The notes under the pieces are model-generated. The model had not been told where the DNA came from. It made no database searches and saw only the letters and a list, made by a program, of their open reading frames with translations. The position numbers were made by a program, and so were the translations under genes. Of a stretch of 34,794 nucleotides of DNA, positions 13,657-27,300 are shown piece by piece (within the stretch, counting starts at the first letter, position 1; every line of letters starts with the position of its first letter). The stretch is taken from the NCBI RefSeq assembly GCF_006345805.1, contig NW_021835385.1, forward strand, positions 1 through 34,794. The letters are read 5' to 3'. The DNA is from Octopus sinensis. Taxonomy: Eukaryota.

Positions 13657-15333
13657 GTTGATGGTTTGTGTGATACAGTTGAATCTATAAGTTCGTTGGA
13701 GAGAAGATGTGAATGTAAAGCGTGCGAATGGTAAAACGTTTATTCCTCATATCTTTATCTATAGTTTCCCTTTCATAAGACATGATATTGTAAGCTTCAG
13801 AGAATAACCCGGATTTTCTTAGTATTAATAATAAAAGAAAAGAAGAAACGAGAATTTTACTTACTTTGACATTGCGAATAATCCAGTATAGGTATTCGTT
13901 TCCCTGAGCCTTCCTGACACGTGCCAAAGACAGCAACAGTTCTGTTATAGACTTCTTTAATATACTTAACGAAGGCTGGCAAGTGACATCCACACCTCAT
14001 AAGGTTATTGTTTTTGAGGTTACTGTAATAATAAAGAGAACTCTGAATGCGTTTCAGATCAACAGAGAAATTCCTATGTGATTTGACAAGAAACAAAGAT
14101 TATAAAATTTGAGCAGGTTTATAAACGCTATGGCATTCATTTTTTTAAGTGTTGTTAATAACATCAATATTGCGAAATGGTTTCTAGTAGAAAGTGGAAG
14201 CACTAAGGTTCTATTCTCTTTTAGCTTAGATATTGAATAATAAGGTATCTTTAAATAAGATTACTAGCCACTTGAAACGATTCTATTTTATTGTAGTTTA
14301 GGGACATTTTAGTGTCGGGAATTTTGTAGTAGGGATCTTGCGCCGCTCTGTCTGAGAAAACTCATTTAGATGGGCGGCTTTGGCGCTAAGAAGGACATGT
14401 TTATTCTATGTAGCAACTGGTTTTAAAACTAGAGACGTACCAGCGCAGAAACTGAGAGATTACAGTGTTGTACATTTTATAGCTTCAGCGGTACAGACAT
14501 GTATAGTAATACTCCTAATTAAGAAGGGGAAAATTAATATTCAATTTTGATATATCAATTTGATATTTTCAGTCATAATAAATCTCTGAACGAGATGTAC
14601 AGTAACGGCTCGACAACGTAAAGTATAATAGCCATCTCAATATGGCTAACCACTAAGGGTGGGTGTTACTATAGCTTTTAATCCCAGGAGATCATCGTCA
14701 ACGCAGGGTATTCACCGGTTTACGATCGTAAACCAGTGATTGCCGTGCGTTGACAAGAGGCAAATACCTCGAAACTGCGGTCCGTGCGTATCACTTAGGC
14801 TTATGAGAGAGGGATGACCTCCCTTTGCAAATACCATAAGGGCACAGATAGTGTGCCTAAAGCCAGCTGGAGACGATGATCTCCTGGGGCTACAAGCTAC
14901 AGTAACACCCACCCTTAGTGGTTAGCCATATTGAGATGGCTATTATACAATATTTTCAGTGTTTTTAAAAAAGAGCAACAGCAAGAACAACAGCAACAAC
15001 ATCAACAAAAATACAACAAAAACAACAACAACAACAACAACAACAACAATAATAATAATAATTACACAACCATGACTATTTGAAGTGAGAAATAGAAGGT
15101 TGTTGACAATGAAGAGAGTAGATGTGATACCAATAGTAATTGGTACATTTGGAAGTATTAGCACTCAACTACTAGCATGACTGAAAACAATTGGTACAAG
15201 TGTGAAGGTAGAACACCTAAAAGAAATCAGTATTGCTTGGAACGCAAGAATTCTTCGTAGGGTTCTTGAAGTATAAACAGTAAACAAGTAACACTTTCCA
15301 TCAAACCCAGAAAAGTAAGCTGTGAGTTTTCAT

Positions 15334-15372
<39 letters not shown>

Positions 15373-15959
15373 ATGATGGTGATGATTATGATGATGATGG
15401 TGGTGATGATGATGATGATGATGATAATGATGATGATAATGATGATGATGATGATGATGATGATGGTGATGATGATGGTGATGATGAGGAGGGGGAGGAG
15501 GGGAGGGGGAGGAGGAGGAGGAGGAAGAGTAGGATAATCCAAAGTGCTTAGGAGAAGAGAAAAGAATACATTCTTTAAATGAGAATGCATGGACAGTTTG
15601 AAAGGAATAAACAGGATGTTAAGGATAATACAGCATCGTGGGCATGGCTTGAGCGAGGTGATTTGAAGCGTACCACTGAAAGCCTGATCATTGTTGCATA
15701 AGACCAGGCTCTCGCTACCTCATTGGTCTGTCTCATTCGCTGTGTATTGACCAAAACCAAATAATCCATTGTAAGGAGGTCATCCGATAATCCCTAAAGC
15801 CAAAAACCTCTCAGTTCAATTGTCTTATGCCTGAGTAGAAATTAGAGGGAAAAATGAATAAAAGAAGGTTTAACCTTCTCATTTGACCCTTCACATGCAA
15901 TCATAGACATCTTCATACACATTCAAGCATGAATATGGTAGTAGAAAGTAAAGTTAGAG

Positions 15960-16010
<51 letters not shown>

Positions 16011-16913
16011 GGGGGTATGAATGTAAGCCATTCCCACCACTCTGTACTACATACTGCAGTAAATTTATTAGAGAGGAGAAATGAGAAAATGATAATTGAA
16101 AATAACAGATACCAAATAAAATTAGGTAGGATGTGGTTAGAGAATCTTTAAATGATATTCTAGATATAGTTTTGAATCATACGACAAACATGATATAGTA
16201 AAATGTATTGGGCAAACAGATTGCATACAACTGTCAGAGGAGAAAGAGATGACATACAATATATAAATGGCATACGAGATTTAGAGGATATACTAGATAT
16301 AGATGATATGCTATGATAGATTTTGATGATATGTTTGAAGAGATGACATACAAGATATGGATAAATCTACTAAATGTAGCTAACCTGCAATATAGAGATT
16401 ACCAGCTACAAGATATAAGTGACATACGAGCTATTGTTGGCAAACGGTATTGTCATATATGTGCTGTGGCGAAAGTTGATAGGTATTGCGAAGCTGCGAA
16501 ATATTGCTGAGTAAAATACCAGTTATATTTGACATGAGAGATTTAGCTGGATAAGCATTCTAAATATAACTGGAAATTATAGCAGATATATCTGAAATTG
16601 TAGGTATTGGAAATATTTTCTCCCTTGGCACTTCCTTTATTGAAAATGATTTTCAGAAGAGAATATTCTGAACCTTTTAGGAATTTTGCTACATCGTAAT
16701 GCAATTCTATCATGTTCTGATAAATACAATTTTGAAATAGATCTGCTTGTATACCTCCCAACCTCTAATACTGCGCGAACGTTGTTAGTTTTACTACTAT
16801 TTATCTCCCTTAAAAGGTTCTCCATTCCAAGCAGTGTGGTTAAGCTTTAATAGGGATAGGATTGTGTTAAATTTCCCTCTCTTTCTTTACCTCTCCACAC
16901 ACACGTGTATATA

Positions 16914-16959
<46 letters not shown>

Positions 16960-18269
16960 TGTAAATATATATATATTAACACAGAAGAATGGAGATATCA
17001 TACATATTGAATCATCCCGTTTCTATCAGATTGGCAAATCGACCCTATAGTTACAGGGTGTTCTGTTTTCATGTTCTGAGTTCAACATTTCGAGGACGAT
17101 TTTGCCTTTCATCTTTTTGGGGTCAATGAATTAAGTACCAGCCGAGCACTAGGGTGGATGTAATCGACAAACCCCCAGCCACAAAATTGCAGGCCTTGTG
17201 CTTATCGTAGAAAGAATATTATACCAAATGGTTTCGTGGTAAAAATACAGAGGCAAATACAGCAGTCATCAGAGATATTTGAATGGAATTTTTGTGGATC
17301 TTATTCCTTCTGATAACTTCGTTGTCATAAGGATATAATAAGTAATAACAATATATATATGTGTGTGTGTATGCTTATGTATGCACATACGCACACACAC
17401 ACATGAATCTTTATATATGTGTGCATGTAGATTGGTATGTAGGCCACTCTCTCGACTCCAGTGAATTATGTGTATTTATAAACATGGGGTAAACTAGATC
17501 AAACCAACCATCTGATATTTGAACATAAACTTTTCGATAATAAAACACGGTGCTCGGAAATCATGTTGATCCACTGAAATTTAAATCAACTCATTGTTGT
17601 TTATTACCAACAACATTTAACGAGGAATTGAGAATTCGATGACCTAATTCTTATTATTTTCATTTTCCTATAAACAAAAAAAACTTGTTTGCTTATATTT
17701 CAACTATGCTGGTAAGGAATAAGAAAGCGCCATCTTCATATTTTTCTATGAGGTTGTTATGTAAATATCTGAAAAAGAGACAAATATTACACACTTTAAA
17801 ATAAGTAAAATTAAATAAATCTGTTTACTCTTGTTCAGTACTAAATTGCTTTTTAGTCAACACTAACAGGGTAAATGCTGATATTACACACTACAATTGT
17901 TTATTTCTCTTTATAGTTCTGTGGGAAGTGTTGTTTGAACAAGAATAGGTTCCTTCAATCTAACTTAATTATCCTAAAAGAAAACCTGATAACAAAACAG
18001 CAAAAGATGGAAGAGGATAAAATACAAAACTAACAAAATAACAAGGAGACTTTCTTATGTGCACAATATGGGTTTTAGGTAACATTCTCATCTATGGTAG
18101 AAATATCATTCACCATACAGGCAAGGTTCTGTGGCAGGAAAATTACTTCTCACATCCATGGATTCTTTAGTCCAACTGTGTGGCACATTGGACAAATAAC
18201 ATTTACTATAACCTTGGGTCAACTAAGCGTTGTGAGTAAATTTGCTGCAGGAAACTGTGTGGATTCCCT

Positions 18270-18307
<38 letters not shown>

Positions 18308-18320
18308 TATATATATATAA

Positions 18321-18361
<41 letters not shown>

Positions 18362-21300
18362 TGTGCTTGTCTTTGTGTTTATCCCCACCAACGCTTCAGA
18401 ACAAATATTGGTTTGTTTACGCCCCCCGTAACTTAGTGGTTCCGCAAAAGGTATCCGACTGATTAAGTGCCAGATTTTAAAAATTCAGTACTAAGGATGA
18501 TTTGTTCGAGGAATCGCTTAAAGCTACTGCTCCAGAATGGCCGCAATCTGATAACTGAAACAAAGAATAGTAAAAGTATATACTCCAGTAGCAGTGTAAT
18601 GATAAAAAAGGTTTTCAAAACAATAAAATAATAATTATTGCAATAACATTGACCATCATCAGGCTAGTACATAACTTTCAGAATCCTATTCAAAGTACAT
18701 AAAACAATGGTCACCTTTTGGTAGAAGATATATACTGGGTACCTATAAATTGACTTTACAATTTGAACACTTCAGAAGACAATGAAGAACAAGGATAGCT
18801 CATCAAACTTTATTGGAAATCATTGGCAAACAAATATCAGAAGCATTAGAACACTTCGACGTGGATTTAATTGTTACCAATTCTACGTCGCTAAAAGCCA
18901 CACTGCTTTTTTCTTGGTTGATTTTTATAACGGGATTTTTACTTAAAAATTTGATTAATCTACACATTTTTCTTTGGAAATAACTGAGATATTTTGATTC
19001 AAAGTCACTCTTTCGCCTTACGCTGCCATTTTTTACCTCAAAAACTTTGAAATAACTATTTTAAAGAATCAATTTACAATTATTTTAGCTCGAAATGTAG
19101 CTTACATCTCGATCATCATTGCCAAAACGATGCAATTAATTAGGTTGAGAACTGAATTACTAATTAAATCATGTAATAGGAGTGGAAGAGTTGCACTGTT
19201 GTTGGGGTGCCTAGTGGGATAATCTATAGTCACCTTGATACTTTGGTGGATGGAGTTGGCTACTTGCTGGATGCTCTCCATTATGTTCCTCTCAGTTTCT
19301 ACATTACCGTTATTAGATCTGGTCTTAACTGTGATATTATTGCCATCTATATACCTACAGTAAAGTAGAAGAGTTGTGGACTGTTTTGCCAAGGATTGCT
19401 TGGGTTTTCTGATCCACCAGGTCATGAAGAGGTCAGCAATATCTCCAGACACACCGACACAAATGGCTGCACCTTGAACTTACATGTATTGTTTCAAGCA
19501 TTTATCTTATGAAGGAAGACTGAAGACGCTCGACCTTTGTTCTCTCGAAAAACGACGACGCCGTGGTGATCTCATTCTTGCTCACTACATCATAGCGGAA
19601 AGTGTAACCTCTCGAAAGAGCTGTTCTTCACACCTGCCCCAGAGCGTCGGCTGCAGGGTCACTCCGGAAAGCTCTATCTACGACGATTTGATTTCAATCG
19701 GAGAGGGGCTTTCTCCGTCCGGGTTGCGGATCCGTGGAATAAGCTGCTGGACGAGATAGTGAAGATGCCGATGACCGTTCGGTTCAAAGTCTCTCTTCAC
19801 CAGAAATAGCCTGAACTCTTTGTATGACCACCCTCCCTGTACATAACTCCCTGTCCCCCTACATGGCCTTGATTTTGCTTTTTGAGCCAAAAATTTAAAC
19901 TAAACTAAACTAGTTATACTTTAGTCTGTGGTTCTTCAACGTGGTTCTTACGCTAGCTCCTACTGCATGTGCAATCATTCCTTTCTCCTAATTGTTGTTC
20001 TCAGGGTGTTGGGTGGGTAGGGTCCAGCCACACCAGCGCTCAGTGGTGCATTTATTTACTGCTGAAGTGATGGTGGGTGGTCTAAGCATCGGTGATCTAT
20101 CGAGGCAGAATATATAGTCTAAGAACGAGACACGGATCACGCGTGTTGACCTCACAGAACTACACTTCACTTTTCACAGACAATCTCATTACATTATACC
20201 CCAGAAAAATCGATGTCAACAGATGCGTAGAGGGAATCATGTCCTTAGTGTCCACTACACAACATGAGAAGAACTTGGAGTGGCCGCAAATATTCATTTA
20301 ATTGAGGATGTCCTCAGTGCTAACATAGAAGAATAAGAAGAAAAAGAAGTAGAAGATGAAGAAGAACAAGAACAAGAAGAAAAAGAAAAAGAAGAAGAAC
20401 AACCACAAAAGCAACAATAACAACACGGACAGAATAAAGTAAAAAAGAAAAGTAAAAAATGAAAAGTTGGAAAAACTATACGAAGAAGAGGAAAACAAAG
20501 AAGAAGAAGAAGAAGAAGAAGAAGAAAATGAAGAAAAGAAGAAAGAAAAGGAGGAAATAGGAAGAATATGAAGAAGTGGAGGTGGAAGAAGAAGAACAAC
20601 AACAACAAGAAGGGGAGGAGGAGGAAGCCGAGAAGGAAAAGAAAAAGAAGAAGGGGGAGGAGAAGGCAAAGACGAACAAGAATAAGGAGAAAAAGAGGGA
20701 GAAGTAGAAGAAAAAAGAAGGTGGAGGAAGAGAAAGATAAGAAGAAGCAGAAGCAGAAGAAGAACAAGAAGAAGAAAAGAAAGAAGAGGAAGAAGAAGGA
20801 GTAAAGAGAAAAAGAAGAAGAAGAAGAAGAAGAAAAAGAATTTGACGTTGAATGACAAAATCGAAACACGAAAGAGAATATTGAAATACGAAATGGAGGT
20901 GGATGCAAAATATAAAATAAAGGAATAATATAGTCACATTTCACACAGAACTACACTTATATATGAACATACACATATACTTCAGCTAAAAATATTTGGT
21001 GCAGACATGTAAACTCTCAAACGTTGCCATTTCTAATACAGATTCATATCAAAATCATTGAAATCTGGGGAAAAAAATGAGTTATTGAGATGCGAATTGA
21101 AACAAAGCAAATACAATAAAAGAACATTATATTTTTCCTATTATTTCACTTTCTTTCACATTGTCTCGCTCTCTCCGATTTTCTTTGTATCTTCCTAAAT
21201 CGTGTTCATTCTACAAATTTGAATTGATTTTGCCCGGAACAGTCTGAAAATTTATACATTTGTGAGCTTAATATCAGCATCAATTATTACTTTCGGAAAA

Positions 21301-24300
21301 TAGTATCAAGAAATTAAACGAACTTACAATTCTTTTAAATTCGAAAGCCCCGTGAATGTACCTTCTTTGATGGTTGCAATATTGTTGTCCGAAAGATCTC
21401 TATAGCAGTAAAGAAAGCGTGAAATAGATTATATGGAAAACATTTGTGATACGACATCAAACACTGTGACTTCAGAATGAAAGGAAGAAAAAGAAGAAGG
21501 ACGAGGAGGAGGAGGAGGAGAAGAAGAAGAACAAGAAGAAGAAGAAGAAGAAGAAGAAGACGGAATGCGGTATGCAAACTCACATCACACATATCCCACT
21601 CACCCTTGTGGAAACATGATCAGAGAGATTATTCATTTTATATCGCTTCATTGTCACAAGCATATTAGAAAACACACAGGAAATATATCTGCAGTTTAAT
21701 TGTATCAGGCCAAATATTCCAGCTTACAAGTACAGTAAGTATTTCAGGTTTACAGATAGAATGTATGTGACAATATTATTCGAATATATATTTTCCGCTT
21801 CCACTTCAGTTGCTCTATTACATAAATAACGTGAAGTGAATGACAAAATTCGAAGTTGAATGATAATATCGAAACACGAAGGAGAATATTGAATTAGGAA
21901 ATGGAGGAGGATGCAAAATATAAAATAAAGGAATAATATAGTCACATTTCACACAGAACTACACTTATATATGAACATACACATATACTTCAGCTAAAAA
22001 TATCTGATGCAAACATGTAAACTCACAAACGTTACCATTTCTAATACAGATTCATATCAAAATCATTGAAATTTGGGGAACAAAAATGAGTTATTGAGAT
22101 GTGAATTGAAACAAAGCAAATACAATAAAAGAACATTATATTTTTCCTATTATTTCACTTTCTCTCTCAAATTCTCTCTTTCTTTCACATTGTCTATCTC
22201 TCTCCGATTTTCTTTGTATCTTCCTAAATCGTGTTCATTCTTCAAATTTGAATTGATTTTGCCCGGAACAGTCTGAAAATTTATACATTTGTGAGCTTAA
22301 TATCAGCATCAATTATTACTTTCGGAAAATAGTATCAAGAAATTAAACGAACTTACAATTCTTTTAAATTCGAAAGCCCCATGAATGTACCTTCTTTGAT
22401 GGTTGCAATGTTGTTGTCCCAAAGATTTCTATAGCAGTAAAGAAAGCGTGAAATAGATTATATGGAAAACATTTGTGATACGACATCAAACACTGTGACT
22501 TCAGAATGAAAGGAAGAAAAAGAAGAAGGAGGAGGTGGAGGAGAAGAAGAAGAAGAAGAAGAAGAAGAAGAAGAAGAAGAAGAAGAAGAAGAAGAAGAAG
22601 AAGAAGAAGAAGACGGAATGCGGTATGCACACTCACATCACACATATTCCCACTCACCCTTGTGGAAATATGGTGAGAGAGATTATTTATTTCATATCGC
22701 TTCATTGTCACAAGCATATTAGAAAACACACAGGAAATATATCAGCAGTTTAATTGTATCAGGCCAAATATTCCAGCTTACAAGTACAGTAAGTATTTCA
22801 GGTTTACAGATAGAATGTATGTGACTATATTATTCGAATATATTTTCCGCTTCCACTTCAGTTGCTCTATTACATAAATACGGAAGTGAATGACAAAATT
22901 CGAAGTTGAATGATAATATCGAAACACGAAGGAGAATATTGAATTAGGAATGGAGGAGGATGCAAAATATAAAATAAAGGAATAATATAGTCACATTTCA
23001 CACAGAACTACACTTATATATGAACATACACATATACTTCAGCTAAAAATATCTGATGCAAACATGTAAACTCTCAAACGTTACCATTTCTAATACAGAT
23101 TCATATCAAAATCATTGAAATTTGGGGAACAAAAATGAGTTATTGAGATGCGAATTGAAACAAAGCAAATACAGTAAAAGAACGTTATATTTTTCCTATT
23201 ATTTCACTTTCTCTCTCAAATTCTCTCTTTCTTTCACATTGTCTCGCTCTCCCCGATTTTCTTTGTTTCTTCCTAAATCGTGTTCATTCTACAAATTTGA
23301 ATTGATTTTGCCCGGTACAGTCTGAAATTTTATACATTTGTGAGCTTAATATCAGCATCAATTATTACTTTCGGAAAATAGTATCAAGAAATTAAACGAA
23401 CTTACAATTCTTTTAAATTCGAAAGCCCCGTGAATGCACCTTCGTTGATGGTTGAAATGTCGTTCATCCAAAGATCTCTATAGCAGTAAAGAAAGTGTAA
23501 AATAGATTATATGGAAAACATTTGTGATACGACATCAAACACTGTGACTTCAGAATGAAAGGAAGAAAAAAGAAGGAGGAGGAGGAGGAGGAGGAGGAGG
23601 AGAAGAAGAAGAAGAAGAAGAAGAAGAAGAAGAAGAAGAAGAAGAAGACGGAATGCGGTATGCACACTCACATCACACATATTCCCACTCACCCTTGTGG
23701 AAATATGGTGAGAGAGATTATTTATTTCATATCGCTTCATTGTCACAAGCATATTAGAAAACACACAGGAAATATATCTGCAGTTTAATTGTATCAGGCC
23801 AAATATTCCAGCTTACAAGTACAGTAAGTATTTCAGGTTTACAGATAGAATGTATGTGACTATATTATTCGAATATATATTTTCCGCTTCCACTTCAGTT
23901 GCTCTATTACATAAATAACGTGAAGTGAATGACAAAATTCGAAGTTGAATGATAATATCGAAACACGAAGGAGAATATTGAATTAGGAAATGGAGGAGGA
24001 TGAAAAATATAAAATAAAGGAATAATATAGTCACATTTCACACAGAACTACACTTATATATGAACATACACATATACTTCAGCTAAAAATATCTGATGCA
24101 AACATGTAAACTCACAAACGTTATTATTTCTAATACAAATTCATATCAAAATCATTGAAATTTGGGGAACAAAAATGAGTTATTGAGATGCGAATTGAAA
24201 CAAAGCAACTACAATAAAGGAACATTATATTTTTCCTATTATTTCACTTTCTCTCTCAAATTCTCTCTCTTTCTTTCACATTGTCTCGCTCTCTCCGATT

Positions 24301-27300
24301 TTTTTTGTATCTTCCTAAATCGTGTTCATTCTACAAATTCGAATTGATTTTGTTTGGTGCAGTCTGAAAATTTATACATTTGTGAGCTTAATATCAGCAT
24401 CAATTATTACTTTCGGAAAATAGTATCGAGAAATTAAACGAACTTACAATCTCTCTAAATTCGAAAGCCCCGTGAAGAAACCTTCTTTGATGGTTGAAAT
24501 GTCGTTCTTCCAAAGATGTCTATAGCAGTAAAGAAAGTGTAAAATAGATTATATGGAAAACATTTGTGATACGACATCAAACACCGTGACTTCAGAATGA
24601 AAGGAAGAAAAAGAAGAAAGATAACGAAGAAGAAGAAGAAGAAAAAAAGAAGTAGAAGAAGAAGAAGAAGACGAAGAAAAGTAGGAAGAAGAAGGAGAAG
24701 AAGAAGATGGGGAAGAAGAAAAGAAGAAGAAGAAGAAGAAGAAGAGAAGAAGAAGACGAAGAAGTAGAAGAAGATTAAGAAGAGGAAGCAGAATAAGAAG
24801 GAGAGGGGGAGGAGATGGGGAGGGGCAGAGGAGGAGGAGAGATGGGGGTTTAGGAGGAGGACAAAGGAAAGAATGACTGAGGAGGGGCAGCTGGGGGTAT
24901 CAGCAGAAGGAGCAGGAAGAGCATGAGAATGAGAATAAGAGGAAGAATTGGCAGAGAATGGAAAAGAGGGAGACCAGTGACGAAGCAGAAAGTAAAGAGA
25001 AGAAAAAGAAGTAGAAATAGAAGAAAAAAGAGGAAGAAAAAGAAGAAGAAGACAAAGAAGAGGTAGAAAAATAAAAAGAAAAAAAAGGGGTAGAAGAAGA
25101 AGAAAAAGAAAAAGCGGAAAATGTGAAAAAGACGAAGGGGAGGAGAAAAAGACGTAGAAGGAAAACAAGTATCAGAATAAGAGAAGAAAAAAAGAAGAAG
25201 CAGAAGAAAAGAAACAAGGAGAAATAGTAGAAGAAGAGGAAGTTGAAGGAGAAAAAGAAGAAGGAGAAGAAGACGAAGAAGAAGACGAAGAAGAGGAGGA
25301 AGAAGAAGAATAAGAATAAGAAGAAGCAGAAGAAGAATAAGAATAAGAAGAAGAATAAGAAGAAGAAGAAAAAGAAGAAAAAAAGTAGATGAAAACGAAG
25401 AAAAAGAAGAAGAAAGAGAAGGAGAAAGAGAAGAAGAAGAAGAAGAAGAAGAAGAAGAAAAGAAGAAGAAGAAGAAGAAGAAGAAGAAGAAGAAGAAGAA
25501 GAAGAAGAAGAAGAAGAAGAAGAAGAAGAAGAAGAAGAAGAATATACATTGAAAATCCTGATGTTCAAGACGAAACAGAAAATGTTCTCAAAATATCAGG
25601 AAATAATTCAAGGATAGAGCGATAAATTTTGGGCGAGAAGACATTGCTGAAAAATCAGGGAATATACGGAATCAGAATTCAACATATTCAAATGCACTCA
25701 TACACATTCTTATATTCATAGTATCAACGACGGAATGCGGTATGCACACTCACATCACACATATTCCCACTCACGCTTGTGGAAATATGGTGAGAGAGAT
25801 TATTTATTTCATATCGCTTTATTGTCACAAGAATATTAGAAAACACACGCTTACAAGAAATATATCAGCAGTTTAATTGTATCAGGCCAAATATTCCAGC
25901 TTACAAGTACAGTAAGTATTTCAGGTTTACAGATAGAATATATGTGACTATATTCGAATATATATTTTCCGCTTCCACTTCAGTTGCTCTATTACATAAA
26001 TAACATGAAATGAATGACAAAATTCGAAGTTGATTGATAATATCGAAACACGAAGGAGAATATTGAAATACGAAATGGAGGAGGATGCAAAATATAAAAT
26101 AAAGAAATAATATAGTCACGATTTTCTTTGTATCTTCCTAAATCGTGTTCATTCTACATATTCGAATTGATTTTGTTTGGTGCAGTCTGAAATTTTATAC
26201 ATTTGTGAGCTTAATATCAGCATCAATTATTACTTTCGGAAAATAATATCAAGAAATTGAACGAACTTACAATGACTTTAAATTCGAAAGCCCCGTGAAT
26301 AAACCTTCTTTGATGGTTGAAATGCTGTTGGAACCAAGATATCTAAAGCAGTAAAGAAAGAGTAAAATAGATTATATGGAAAATATTTGTGATACGACAT
26401 CAAACACCGTGGCTTTAGTATGAAAGGATGAAAAAGAAGAAAGATAACGATGAAGAAGGAGGAGGAAGAGAAGAAGAAGAAGAAGAAGAAGAAGAAGAAG
26501 AAGAAGAAAAAAGAGGAAGAAGAAGGAGAATTGGGGAGAGTGGAGGAGGATGAGATGTGGGAGTTTAGGAGAGACAAAGGAACGCATGACTGAGGAAGGG
26601 CAGCGGGGGTATCAGCTGAAGTACATGAGAGCAGAGAATTAAAATAAAGAGAATCGGCAGAGAATGGAAAGAGGAGAACCATTGCCGAACAGAAAGTACA
26701 GAGAATAAAAGAGAAGAAAGAAGAAGAGGAAGAGAAGAAGAAGAAAGAAGAGAAGAGAAGAAAATAAGAAGAAGAGAAGAAGTAAAGAAGAAGACGAAAA
26801 AGAAGAAGCTGAGAGAATATTGCTGAAGAAGAAGATGAAAAAGAAGAAGCTGAAGAAGAAGATGCTGAAGAAGAAGATGCTGAGAAGAAGCTGAAGCAGA
26901 AGAAGCTGAAGAAGAAGAATGATGCAGAAGGGGAAGAAGAAGAAGGAGAAGAGAAGAAGAAGAAGAAGAAGAAGAAGAAAAACAAGGCGAAGGAGAAGAG
27001 AGAAGAAAAGGAGAAAAAGAAGAAGAGAAAAAGAAGAGAAGAAGAAGAAGAGAGAAGAAAAATAGAGAGAGAAGAAGAAGAAGAAGAAGAAGAAGAAGAG
27101 AAGAAGAAGAAGAAAGACAAATTATTAAATAATGGAATAATATAGTTACATCTCACACAGAACTACACTTAATATTGATAATACTCACATACTTCAGCTA
27201 AAAATATTTGATGCAAACATGTAAACTCTCAAACGTTGTCATTTCTAATACAAATTCAAATAAAAATCATTGAAATTTGAGGCTCAAATATGAGTTATGG

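Noticed and set aside
16543-16825. Weak LRR-like peptides (LGGIQADLFQNC, LTTLLGMENL)
   Set aside because: No suitable splice sites or 72-nt frame; similarity too weak.
17690-17697. U12-type AT-AC intron
   Set aside because: The donor lacks ATATCCT and the downstream acceptor is AG.
19106-19160. Possible short phase-2 exon ending GAG AT|gtaagc
   Set aside because: Only 54 nt with a poor LRR match; cannot be supported.
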